From NCBI GenBank assembly GCA_963665665.1, contig OY762428.1, positions 2,848,001 through 2,912,000 of the forward strand: a stretch of DNA of 64,000 nucleotides. The letters are read 5' to 3'. The stretch is from Candidatus Kapaibacterium sp. (GTDB taxonomy: Bacteria > Bacteroidota > Ignavibacteria > Kapaibacteriales > UBA2268). Shown piece after piece: positions 20,393 to 29,219 of this stretch (its first letter is position 1; each line of letters opens with the position of its first letter). The notes under the pieces were generated by a model, which worked only from the letters and a program-made list of their open reading frames with translations, had not been told where the DNA came from and did no database searches. Position numbers and translations under genes: made by a program.

Positions 20393-22299
20393 TGAAAAAT
20401 GTTGGCAAAAGACGAGTTATATTAATTGAACCAAATTATAAGAACAAATATCCTCCAATTGGATTAATGAAACTTGCGACATATCACCGAAAAATTGGAT
20501 ATGAAGTAGTCTTCTATAAAGGAGATTTAAAGAATTATATTCACCTTGATATTTATACAGACTTACTTTTCAAACTCAAAAAAATTGACAATGGGGTTTT
20601 ATGGCAAGAATATAAATCATTATTAATCAATTATATTAAAACTGGTAAAAACGAATATTTTGAAGAATTGGTAATACTTTCAAAATATGGTATTCTTGTA
20701 AAGGAGTGTTTAAAATATTATAGAAACTACTATTACTCAAAAGAATATTTAAATTTCCCAAAATGGGATAGAGTTTGTGTTACTACACTGTTTACATTTA
20801 ATTGGAATATTACGATTGAGACAATTAATTTTGCTAAAACAATTGTCAAGGATATCAAACAAATTTTTGTCGGTGGTGTATTAGCTACTGTTTTAGCAGA
20901 AGAGCTTGAGAAAGAAACAGGTATTAAGCCTCACAAAGGTCTTTTAAATAAACCTAAGATTATTGATAAAGATAATGAAATTATTATTGACGAACTACCT
21001 CTTGATTATTCGATTCTAGATGAGATTGATTATAAATATCCTGAAAATGATGCTTATTATAGTTATGTAACTAGAGGATGTATAAGAAAATGTAAGTTTT
21101 GTGCTGTATGGAAGATCGAACCAAAATTCGAACAATATATCTCAATTAAAAATAACATCGATAAAGCAAAATTAATATATGGAGAAAAAAGGAACTTACT
21201 TTTATTAGACAATAACGTACTTGCTTCAAATCAATTTCCAAAAATTATCAAAGAAATTAAAGCATGTGGTTTTTTTAAGGGTGCAAAATATATTGAACCA
21301 AATTATTTAGATATTGCAGTGGAAAATCTCAAAAATTGTATAAATGATAAAGCATATATAAATAAAAGTTTTGAATTGTATCACTATCTATTAAATAAAT
21401 TAAAGGGAGATAAACAACAAGAACTTTATAACCTTCTCAATGAATATAATTTATTAAACATTGATACGGCAACAAAAGAAAATATATTATTAGTTTATTT
21501 AGAAGTAAAGGACTTATTTGAGAAACATAGAAATAAAACAAAGAAATTGAGGTACGTTGATTTTAATCAAGGTGTTGACGCCAGATTAATTAATGAGGAT
21601 AATATGCGGCTATTAAGTGAAATCCCAATTAAACCGTTAAGGATTGCATTTGATAATATTGCATACAAAGATATATATATTAAGGCTATTCAATTGGCAA
21701 AAAAGTATGGAATAAATGATCTCTCCAACTATTTATTATATAATGAAAATGATAAGCCATCGGAATTATATGAGAGGTTAGAAATAAATGTTCTTCTATC
21801 TGAGGAGTTAAACATTAGTATATATTCATTTCCTATGAAATATCATCCGATATCTGGAGAAAAATTTTTAACTCGTGATTATCTCGGATTACATTGGAAT
21901 AGAAAATATATTAGAGCCATTCAAACGATTTTAAATTCAACTAAAGGAAAAATTGGAAAAGGTGTAAGCTTCTTTTATGAAGCTTTTGGCAATAATCTAA
22001 ATGAATATCATAAAATTTTAATAATGCCGGAAACCTATATATTATATCGTTTTTTCTTTAGAGATATCGGATTTACTTCTAAATGGTGGCAAGACTATAA
22101 TAATTTATCTATTAATCAAAAAAATAATGCGTTGGATATAATAAAAACTAACGAGTTTAATAATATTGAGAAATATACAAATAGTTATGTTATTAAATCA
22201 TTTATCAAAGAACATTATTTAATTAGTCGAAATGATATTGTAAATCCAAAATCAAAAATTTATAAATTAAAGGAAAAATACAATAGAAATAAAAAATAA
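20392..22299 (+). CDS. Radical SAM enzyme with N-terminal B12-binding-like domain
   Basis: YPPIGLMKLATYH, FVGGVLAT, TRGCIRKCKFCAV (CxxxCxxC), LLDNN, VDFNQGVDARL, LRIAFD; TGATG coupling with the upstream gene. Confidence 0.85.
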   Translation: MKNVGKRRVILIEPNYKNKYPPIGLMKLATYHRKIGYEVVFYKGDLKNYIHLDIYTDLLFKLKKIDNGVLWQEYKSLLINYIKTGKNEYFEELVILSKYGILVKECLKYYRNYYYSKEYLNFPKWDRVCVTTLFTFNWNITIETINFAKTIVKDIKQIFVGGVLATVLAEELEKETGIKPHKGLLNKPKIIDKDNEIIIDELPLDYSILDEIDYKYPENDAYYSYVTRGCIRKCKFCAVWKIEPKFEQYISIKNNIDKAKLIYGEKRNLLLLDNNVLASNQFPKIIKEIKACGFFKGAKYIEPNYLDIAVENLKNCINDKAYINKSFELYHYLLNKLKGDKQQELYNLLNEYNLLNIDTATKENILLVYLEVKDLFEKHRNKTKKLRYVDFNQGVDARLINEDNMRLLSEIPIKPLRIAFDNIAYKDIYIKAIQLAKKYGINDLSNYLLYNENDKPSELYERLEINVLLSEELNISIYSFPMKYHPISGEKFLTRDYLGLHWNRKYIRAIQTILNSTKGKIGKGVSFFYEAFGNNLNEYHKILIMPETYILYRFFFRDIGFTSKWWQDYNNLSINQKNNALDIIKTNEFNNIEKYTNSYVIKSFIKEHYLISRNDIVNPKSKIYKLKEKYNRNKK

Positions 22300-22379
22300 A
22301 AAATATTTTTATTCCTAAAATATCAATAATTTTTTTGGTTTAGATTATGCAACAAATATATACAATTAATAAGCCTCTA

Positions 22380-22505
22380 CCATATTTATCAGGATCCCTC
22401 CTTCAAATTTTTTTATCCTGTCTCACCCAATATTCGAGGCCGGCAGCAAACTCCTCAGTTGCTATCAGCCCCCGTATGTAATTTTATTTCGGCTTTGTGG
22501 GCCAT
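22380..22505 (-). pseudogene. Possible frameshifted Txe/YoeB-type toxin remnant
   Basis: Minus-strand fragment LIATEEFAAGLEYWVRQDKKI resembles the YoeB N-terminus; broken by a frameshift and a stop. Confidence 0.3.
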
Positions 22506-22626
22506 CACCCTATAGGAATTCTGCTAAACAGGCTTTTGTTGATGTAAATGTATGATAATATTGACTTTAATGCCGTTGGTATGTTCTTTGGAAACAATTT
22601 TTTGTGCCGGAAACCCGCTGTTTTAT

Positions 22627-23007
22627 GCTTCCCGAGCGTTCCCCCGAGCTTCCCGAGCATTACCCCGTGCCTGCCGAGCGTTCCCTCATGCTTTCCGAGC
22701 ATTCCCTCGTACTTCCCGAGCGTTCCCTCGTGCTTTCCGAGCTTTCTCCAGAGCTTCCCGAGCGTTCCCCCGAGCTTTCCGAGCATTCCCCCGTGCTTTC
22801 CGAGCATTCCCCCGAGCCTGCCGAGCATTCCCCCGAGCTTCCCGAGCGTTCCCCCGAGCTTCCCGAGCGTTCCCCCGAGCTTCCCGAGCGTTCCCCCGAG
22901 CTTCCCGAGCGTTCCCCCGAGCTTTCCGAGCGTTCCCCCGAGCTTTCCGAGCCTTCCCTCGTGCTTCCCGAGCCTTCCCCCAAGCTTTCCGAGCTTTCTC
23001 CAGAGCC
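22627..23007. repeat. Tandem array A: ~18 degenerate copies of 21-bp GCTTCCCGAGCGTTCCCCCGA
   Basis: Read directly; 7-aa periodicity in every ORF frame. Confidence 0.95.
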
Positions 23008-23023
23008 TGATTATCGCTGATAT

Positions 23024-23258
23024 ATGTCATCTTAGCGTTGGGATGTGCCGTCTTAACGTTGGTTCGTGTCATCTTAGCCTTGGTTTGTGTTATCTTAGCC
23101 TTGGTATGTGTCATCTTAGCCTTGGTTCGTGTCGTCTTAGCCTTGGTATGTGTCGTCTTAGTCTTGGTATGTTACGTCTTAGCCTTGGTATGTGTCGTCT
23201 TAGCCTTGGTTCGTGTCGTCTTAGCCTTGGTTTGTGTCATTTTAGCGTTGGTTTGTGC
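23024..23258. repeat. Tandem array B: ~11 degenerate copies of 21-bp TGTCGTCTTAGCCTTGGTATG
   Basis: Read directly; sequence unrelated to array A but same 21-bp period. Confidence 0.95.
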
Positions 23259-23626
23259 TTCCAAAAACATTTTTTCAGGTAAAATTTTACTCAGAAAAGA
23301 CAGAAATTTACTTTTTTGATATAGATTTTCGTTCTATTGGTCCGTTCGATCCATTTTATCAATTGCTGCTTCTATCCGAAAGTGCCGGTAATCGCTTTTG
23401 CCGGGTGAATATTTGGTTTTTAAATATTGGGGTTTGCTATGCCCGGCATGGTTGAGAATCCAAAGGCACATAATTTCCATCGGACGGGGGCGGAAGTGCC
23501 CCGGGCGCTTTGCCGTGACAGTATTATTGTTTCGGATTATCATATTTTTGCTTGCTCCATTATATTTCTGCCATTAATAAAAGTATTCTATTCTATCCTG
23601 ATCGATAGCATGGGAAAGAGTTAAGT

Positions 23627-24637
23627 TCAATCCCTTGGTTCAGGTGTTGGAATATTATACTCCTTCATCCCTTCCTTTAGATTCTTCTTTATCCTGTCGG
23701 CCAGTTCGAGTGGTTCCAGGACTTTTATTACGCCGGTCCAGCTCATTATCCATGATTCGAAGTCCTTTACGAGGGGGACGGTCATTTCCAGTATCATGTT
23801 GCCGTTTTTATCTTTGCTGATCTTCTGTGAGTTGTGCCAGAAACGCTTTTCGAAATACTGTGTGAATTCCTTTTTTATAAGCAGTTTTACGTTTGCCGGT
23901 TTGCCGTGATAAACGCCGAATCTTTCTTTGCTCCACTCGTTGAAGTCGAAAGGAAGGATTTTATCGCTTACTTTTTCGCAGGGGGATATTTGGCTTATGT
24001 TTTGTATCAGCAGAACCCTGTGCTCGTCCACTTTGCCGCAGGTGAACACGACAGCGTAGAGGTTGCCTTTGTTCTCGAACATTGTTCTTGGCAGGCATTT
24101 GAACCTGCTTTTCTTTTTTCCGTCTGATGACAGGTATTCAACTTCCACCCATTGCTTTTCGGCGATATGCCTTATCAGGGGCCTGATTACCAGGTCTTCC
24201 TGTGTGTAGTCGTAGTAGCCGATGTTTTTATTCCATAGCATGCTGTCCATGCGGAATACCTCGCCGGGGAAAAGTTTGTCCAGCTTTTTGTCCAGCTCTT
24301 CAATGCCTTCGGCAATCACCGTTTTTTTGAAATGCTTGATATAGGCTTTCAGCATGTAGTATGAAAGCATTTCGTTCTGCTGGATTCTCACCGTTTTCGT
24401 CGTATTTCCGGTGATCCCCATATATTCCCAGATTCTTTCCTTATGGCTGTAGTCGCGAAAATCCACCAGATTATGCTCAAACATCAGGGCAAGGTCTCTT
24501 TGTATTGATTTTTTCTCTGCTGACAGGCCTTCGCCGTTCAGGTAATTTATTATATCGCTTACCGTTCCGATATGTTCCTTATTGAAAAATTTCAACAGCC
24601 ATAATATTCTGTCGGCTTTTCCCGGTTTCTTTAGCAT
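23627..24637 (-). CDS. HTH-WYL-WCX transcriptional regulator (WYL3; start moved to ATG 24637)
   Basis: KSIQRDL HTH; NKNIGYYDY; EWSKERFGVYHG; RFWHNSQ; SWIMSW; GGAG RBS before MLKKPG. Confidence 0.88.
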   Translation of the reverse strand: MLKKPGKADRILWLLKFFNKEHIGTVSDIINYLNGEGLSAEKKSIQRDLALMFEHNLVDFRDYSHKERIWEYMGITGNTTKTVRIQQNEMLSYYMLKAYIKHFKKTVIAEGIEELDKKLDKLFPGEVFRMDSMLWNKNIGYYDYTQEDLVIRPLIRHIAEKQWVEVEYLSSDGKKKSRFKCLPRTMFENKGNLYAVVFTCGKVDEHRVLLIQNISQISPCEKVSDKILPFDFNEWSKERFGVYHGKPANVKLLIKKEFTQYFEKRFWHNSQKISKDKNGNMILEMTVPLVKDFESWIMSWTGVIKVLEPLELADRIKKNLKEGMKEYNIPTPEPRD

Positions 24638-24688
24638 TGCTGACTCCAAATAAAAAAAATATAATATTTCAACGGCTGCAAATGTCAT

Positions 24689-24721
24689 TCGACAAATAAT
24701 GTCCCTCAAAATTTACATTCG
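24689..24721 (+). promoter_or_regulatory. Putative WYL operator (TCGACA-AATAA-TGTCCC) plus -7-like element TACATTCG
   Basis: GACA-N5-TGTC palindrome between WYL3 and the divergent lipoprotein gene; 8-nt gap. Confidence 0.55.
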
Positions 24722-24781
24722 AAAGTAAGATTTATTGACAAAATAAAAAAATGATTTTCTTTTACTAATGGAGTTATTATA

Positions 24782-25747
24782 ATGAAACACTTTTTTATGA
24801 CACTTGCAACAGCTATCCTTCTTTTTTCATGTTCGAACACTCATGAAACCGGACGCAAAGCGGCTGAAGACGTTATTAACCTGGTAAAGAGCAACAGGGA
24901 CAATGTGGAAGCTATCGTTAAAGGCCTGGATTCGCTTGAAAAGATTTACCACGAGGATAAGCTGGAAAGGGATTTCGAGATTGGTTTCGAGAATGCGATT
25001 AAGCCTATTGTAAATGCCGGATTCAAACACGAGGTGCATTATAACAGGTACGATACCAAGCTGACAGGCAATCTGCCGATTATTTACAGTCCGGAAGATA
25101 GTCACGTATTCACAATCGTCGACGGCATTAACGATCCGGAAATTGCCGTAAATGTGAAATTATATAATGAGGAAGATTATGGCTGGGAGCCTTATGATGA
25201 ATTTACCGGCGAGATGGACCTGGTATTGACTTCGGGCGGAAGCAGGAATTATGAATTTTCTTATAGCGAGGTTCAGGATATCGGGAATCTGGGAGATCAG
25301 GAAGACATCAGGTTGGCTTTCAGATATCGCAATCTTATCGGGGTTATATCCGATACGCCCCTGGATGATGTGATTGCAACATTCAATGAGATAAACAATA
25401 TAACAACCGTAAACATGCGTTTCGAGGGTAAATTCAATGAAGAAGAGAAGAAAAACCATTCATCCGATAATACAATCCGAAGCCGTTCGGAAGAACAAAT
25501 GGACGACGACGAATTGGACGATGCATTAGAGGAATACGACGATTTCGTTATGAGCTATATTGAACTGATAAAAAAGGTGAATAACAACGATATGACAGCC
25601 TTGGCTGAATACCCGGCGATGATGCAGAAGGCTCAGTCCGCCCAGGAGAAAATGAATAAATTGCAGGGACAGATGACCCCTGCCCAGCTCGGCAAATTTA
25701 TGAAACTACAGGCGAAATACCTCGAGGCAATGCAGGATATGGAGTGA
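24782..25747 (+). CDS. Lipoprotein, unknown function
   Basis: Signal peptide with lipobox LLFSC; helical C-terminal domain (DDALEEYDDFV...MQKAQ). Confidence 0.75.
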   Translation: MKHFFMTLATAILLFSCSNTHETGRKAAEDVINLVKSNRDNVEAIVKGLDSLEKIYHEDKLERDFEIGFENAIKPIVNAGFKHEVHYNRYDTKLTGNLPIIYSPEDSHVFTIVDGINDPEIAVNVKLYNEEDYGWEPYDEFTGEMDLVLTSGGSRNYEFSYSEVQDIGNLGDQEDIRLAFRYRNLIGVISDTPLDDVIATFNEINNITTVNMRFEGKFNEEEKKNHSSDNTIRSRSEEQMDDDELDDALEEYDDFVMSYIELIKKVNNNDMTALAEYPAMMQKAQSAQEKMNKLQGQMTPAQLGKFMKLQAKYLEAMQDME

Positions 25748-25831
25748 AAAGGAATTCTTTGTTAGAAATATCAGAAAATTTTCGTATTTTATACCAAATC
25801 ATTGAAAAATTAATTCGGAAAATCATCTGAT

Positions 25832-26902
25832 ATGATTGTTAAGGAGAAGACCTTTCAGAAGGTTTTGGTATTGAATCCGATGCTGATCGCAAAAACGATC
25901 GGATGTGACGAGAAAAAATTAAGAGTGCTAAGCGTTGAATATGCTTATGCTCATCATATTGAAAATATTAGTTCGAGGTTTGATATCGTCATTCGTATCG
26001 ATAATAAAGATGATTTCCGGGATATTTATCTTGAGCTGAAAACCCTTGACAGCAGTAGTTCGATTGGACAAATCGAAAAATATTACGAGATAGTGACTTT
26101 TGATAAATACCATCAACTGTCTGATAATAAAAGGGAACTGCATTTCATGGTTCTGGAAAGCGAGTATGGTTATCCTTCTTTAGCGGGATACCTGGAAAAA
26201 TTCAACAGGACTATCAGTGAAAATATCAATCTTTATGTTGTTCGAAAGGATGACTTTATCAAATACCTCGGAAACGATTCGAAGGGATTTGAAATGAAAA
26301 ACAGAATACAAGATTACAAGCTAAGCGATATAAATGTTGAAACTGTAAACAGGTTTATTGAAGGGGAATATAACGAGGAATACCTGCTGAACTTTATTAA
26401 TTATCTCAGCCCGAGGTACGGCGCTGAAAACAGCGGGAAGCGTTATAACAATGCCGCTGATTTCTTTTACCGGGTTTTTGAAACAGTTTGTTCCGGATTC
26501 GAATATTACGATGATATTAAGATTGGAGAAAATAAAATCCTGAAAAACGGAAATTCCCGGACGATAAATTTCAGGTATAAGAACAGGACTGTTCTGTCCT
26601 TGTTTGCCAATAATTATCCCTTACAGTTCAAACTATTCTTACGTGATGGTTTTGATAAGGGCCTGCAATTAATGATTGAGTACCTTGAAAGCAACTCTGA
26701 TATAATTCTTAAAGACGTTAGGAACAACCATGAAGGCTGGAGCAGGGACAACAGAATGATTTTCAAAGCATTTCCGGCAAAAGGAAAAAAGCAGCTTTTC
26801 CTGCCGCTTGATAAATGGTATGAGGAAAAACAAAGCAATATAGATTCTTTAGTTGTTACTTTAAATTACATTTTTAAAACAATATTGGATGGAGGAGAAT
26901 AA
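25832..26902 (+). CDS. Hypothetical protein with N-terminal PD-(D/E)xK (NucS-like) nuclease motif
   Basis: EKTFQ...VEY...RFDIVIR...IYLELK...IGQIEKY. Confidence 0.6.
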   Translation: MIVKEKTFQKVLVLNPMLIAKTIGCDEKKLRVLSVEYAYAHHIENISSRFDIVIRIDNKDDFRDIYLELKTLDSSSSIGQIEKYYEIVTFDKYHQLSDNKRELHFMVLESEYGYPSLAGYLEKFNRTISENINLYVVRKDDFIKYLGNDSKGFEMKNRIQDYKLSDINVETVNRFIEGEYNEEYLLNFINYLSPRYGAENSGKRYNNAADFFYRVFETVCSGFEYYDDIKIGENKILKNGNSRTINFRYKNRTVLSLFANNYPLQFKLFLRDGFDKGLQLMIEYLESNSDIILKDVRNNHEGWSRDNRMIFKAFPAKGKKQLFLPLDKWYEEKQSNIDSLVVTLNYIFKTILDGGE

Positions 26903-27954
26903 TGAAGGATGTTAGTTCACAAGCAAACAAAGTAGCTGAAATACTCGACAAGTTTTATGAAAAATCTGTAAACGGATATTCTAAAATGAAATCGGCAAAG
27001 GATTTAGCTTCTTCCTATTCCGATAAGAAACTAACTCAAAATGCTGCTATTGATTCATTAATCAAATGGCAGGTATCAAAAACTGCAACATCAGGTTTTG
27101 TAACAAGTTTGGGCGGGTTTGCAACTATGCCGATAACCCTGCCAAGTAATATTGCTATTCTGCTTTTTCAGCAAATGCGTATGACGGCGGCTATCGCGCA
27201 TATCAGGGGATATGATATTAATGATCCGGGAACAAAAAGCCTTGTGTATTTAACTCTTACCGGAAATAAAATGAGCGGTATTGTAAATGACTTAGGCTTG
27301 GATATAGAGATAATAAAAAAATCAGCAATAAAAGCTACTAAAGATGTTGCTAAGAAAGTATTAACAGACGAAGTAATTGAGAAAATCACCAAATTGATAG
27401 CACGTAAAGTATCCGAAAGGATTGCCGTAAAAAGCTCGAAATACATTGTTAAACTGGTACCTGTAGCAGGTGGTATAGTCGGGGGTACTTTCGATAGTGT
27501 TCAAACTTTAGCAGTAGCAAAAAAAGCCAAAGAAGTATTCAGCCAGCCGGAAATTGATAACAGCGATAATACAGCTACTCGGGAATCATCCAAAGTTGAT
27601 GATGCTATTGATCTTGAAACAAATAAACTGAATATATATATTAATTTGATCAAAGCAGACGGAAGAATTGACAGAAAAGAGATGGAACTGTTTGATGATG
27701 CTATTCAAAACTCTTTACTGGATGATTCCTCGAAAGATTTACTTTATAAAAATATTATGAATGATTCCTTTATTCCTGTCAATTATGAATTTATTAAGAA
27801 GCATCCCGCTTCAATACCAGGTATATTATATGATCTTCTTGATTTGGCAAAAGTTGACGGAACTATTCACGACAAAGAAATAGAATACATCCGCGAAGTA
27901 GCCCATAAATTAGATGTTGGCGATGCTTTCATTAATGATTTGTTGGATATTTAA
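26902..27954 (+). CDS. EcsC-family protein fused to C-terminal TerB-like domain
   Basis: SGFVTSLGGFATMPITLP, QMRMTAAIAHIRGYD, KLVPVAGGIVGGTFD; ADGRIDRKE and VDGTIHDKE. Confidence 0.8.
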   Translation: MKDVSSQANKVAEILDKFYEKSVNGYSKMKSAKDLASSYSDKKLTQNAAIDSLIKWQVSKTATSGFVTSLGGFATMPITLPSNIAILLFQQMRMTAAIAHIRGYDINDPGTKSLVYLTLTGNKMSGIVNDLGLDIEIIKKSAIKATKDVAKKVLTDEVIEKITKLIARKVSERIAVKSSKYIVKLVPVAGGIVGGTFDSVQTLAVAKKAKEVFSQPEIDNSDNTATRESSKVDDAIDLETNKLNIYINLIKADGRIDRKEMELFDDAIQNSLLDDSSKDLLYKNIMNDSFIPVNYEFIKKHPASIPGILYDLLDLAKVDGTIHDKEIEYIREVAHKLDVGDAFINDLLDI

Positions 27955-27969
27955 ATTGTAAATTAACCT

Positions 27970-28000
27970 GCCCCTGCCGGAACAAATCTCCGGCAGGGGT
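27970..28000. terminator. Stable hairpin after the EcsC gene
   Basis: GCCCCTGCCGGA-ACAAATC-TCCGGCAGGGGT. Confidence 0.6.
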
Positions 28001-28281
28001 AAATTATGGAATAGGTTATTAATTATTAGATTTCGACGCAATCTAAAATGTTTTTGAAAATTTGCTGCCAAAAAAAATCAAATTCTAAATTGTAATTGCC
28101 TGAGCTTTGAAAATCGAGTTTAAGGATATTACAAATAAAAAAAAATTGGGCTGCAAGAGAATTTTTAATTAGATTGAATTTTAGCTGCCGGGGCTGAGAG
28201 CTTTTACACGAAACTACCAGTGAATATGAGCGAATTTAACAAACCGGATAATAAAATTCCAACATTAATTTTGGATTGTAA

Positions 28282-28812
28282 ATGAGTAAAGATATTGAAA
28301 AACTATCAAATGATTTTGTAAGTGAAGTTAGAAATATTATCGGGAATGCACGTATTTCTGCTGTTCGGAGTGTTGAATTTCACCGGGTTGAAATGTACTG
28401 GAAACTTGGTGAACGTATTTTTAATGAAGAACAGAAAGGTAAAGAAAGAGCTGATTATGGCTCTTATTTAATAAAAAATCTTTCTAAAGAACTTGTTCCT
28501 GAATTCGGAAGTGGTTTTTCAATCCGACAATTACACTGGTGTCGTCAATTGTACAGAGAATATCCAAAAGTGTACGCACTGCGTACACAATTAAATTGGA
28601 CTCAGTACCGTATTCTTATATCCATTAATGACAAGGATAAAAGAGAATATTACGAGTTAGAAGCTGTTAAGAACGCATGGACAGCAAGAGAATTAGAAAG
28701 GCAGGTAAACTCCGGATTATACGAGCGATTGCTATTAAGTAATGATAAAAAATCCGTACTTGATGTTGCACGAAATATTAGAATTCCAGAATCTGCTCTT
28801 GAGATTGTATAG
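28282..28812 (+). pseudogene. YhcG/DUF1016 family, N-terminal domain only (nuclease half missing)
   Basis: MYWKLGERI, RADYG, EFGSGFS, LNWTQY, REYYELEA, LERQVNSGLYERLLLS; stops before the conserved KDPY region. Confidence 0.75.
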
Positions 28813-28971
28813 CCTCAGATGAATATAAACAAAACGGCATAAATATCTTATTTTAGTAAAAATTATTTTTCCCTATTCAAGTCATTCAATGGCAAATGTT
28901 GGCTTCAGGTGTATTGGGTTAGCTATTCATACAAGTTGTTTCTGATGAAGGCGTATAATTTTATTTCTCCC

Positions 28972-29169
28972 TCACTCGTCCCTTACGCGTCTAACAGCAT
29001 CAAATGCCCGTTTTCGGGCTGCGCCAATACATTTCTGGAGCTGGTGCGGTGTAATCTTCATTACTTCCTCGGGCAGGAGTCCTTTTTTCGGGGAACTGAT
29101 GATGAAAGTCCTCCTGCCTGTGTGGGAACTGATGTTTTTGTTAAGGATGATAAAACTATCAACGAGCGC
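28972..29169 (-). pseudogene. Tyrosine recombinase/integrase C-terminal remnant (not in the ORF track)
   Basis: Minus frame reads ...ISSHTGRRTFIISSPKKGLLPEEVMKITPHQLQKCIG...; matches the HxxR(R)TF...VMKITGH box; no start codon and no catalytic Tyr. Confidence 0.7.
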
Positions 29170-29219
29170 TTACTGAAAAATTTGCTTCTCATATATGGCC
29201 TGTCAGTATCATTAACACA

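Larger units (their letters stand above)
50..29170. mobile_element. Putative decayed genomic (defence) island anchored at tRNA-Glu
   Basis: Starts at tRNA 3' end; dense in WYL regulators, nucleases and ATPases; patchy base composition; integrase remnant at 28972-29169. No att duplicate found, so the right boundary is uncertain. Confidence 0.45.

Noticed and set aside
22627-23258. CRISPR array
   Set aside because: Units are contiguous with no unique spacers, and there are no cas genes in the window
22505-23319. The many ORF-track proteins over the 21-bp arrays
   Set aside because: Open frames are expected from stop-poor repeats; none has independent support, so none is called as a CDS
28940-29135. 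Hammerhead ribozyme (CTGATGA...GAAA motifs)
   Set aside because: No supporting stems; the sequence is better explained as an antisense integrase remnant
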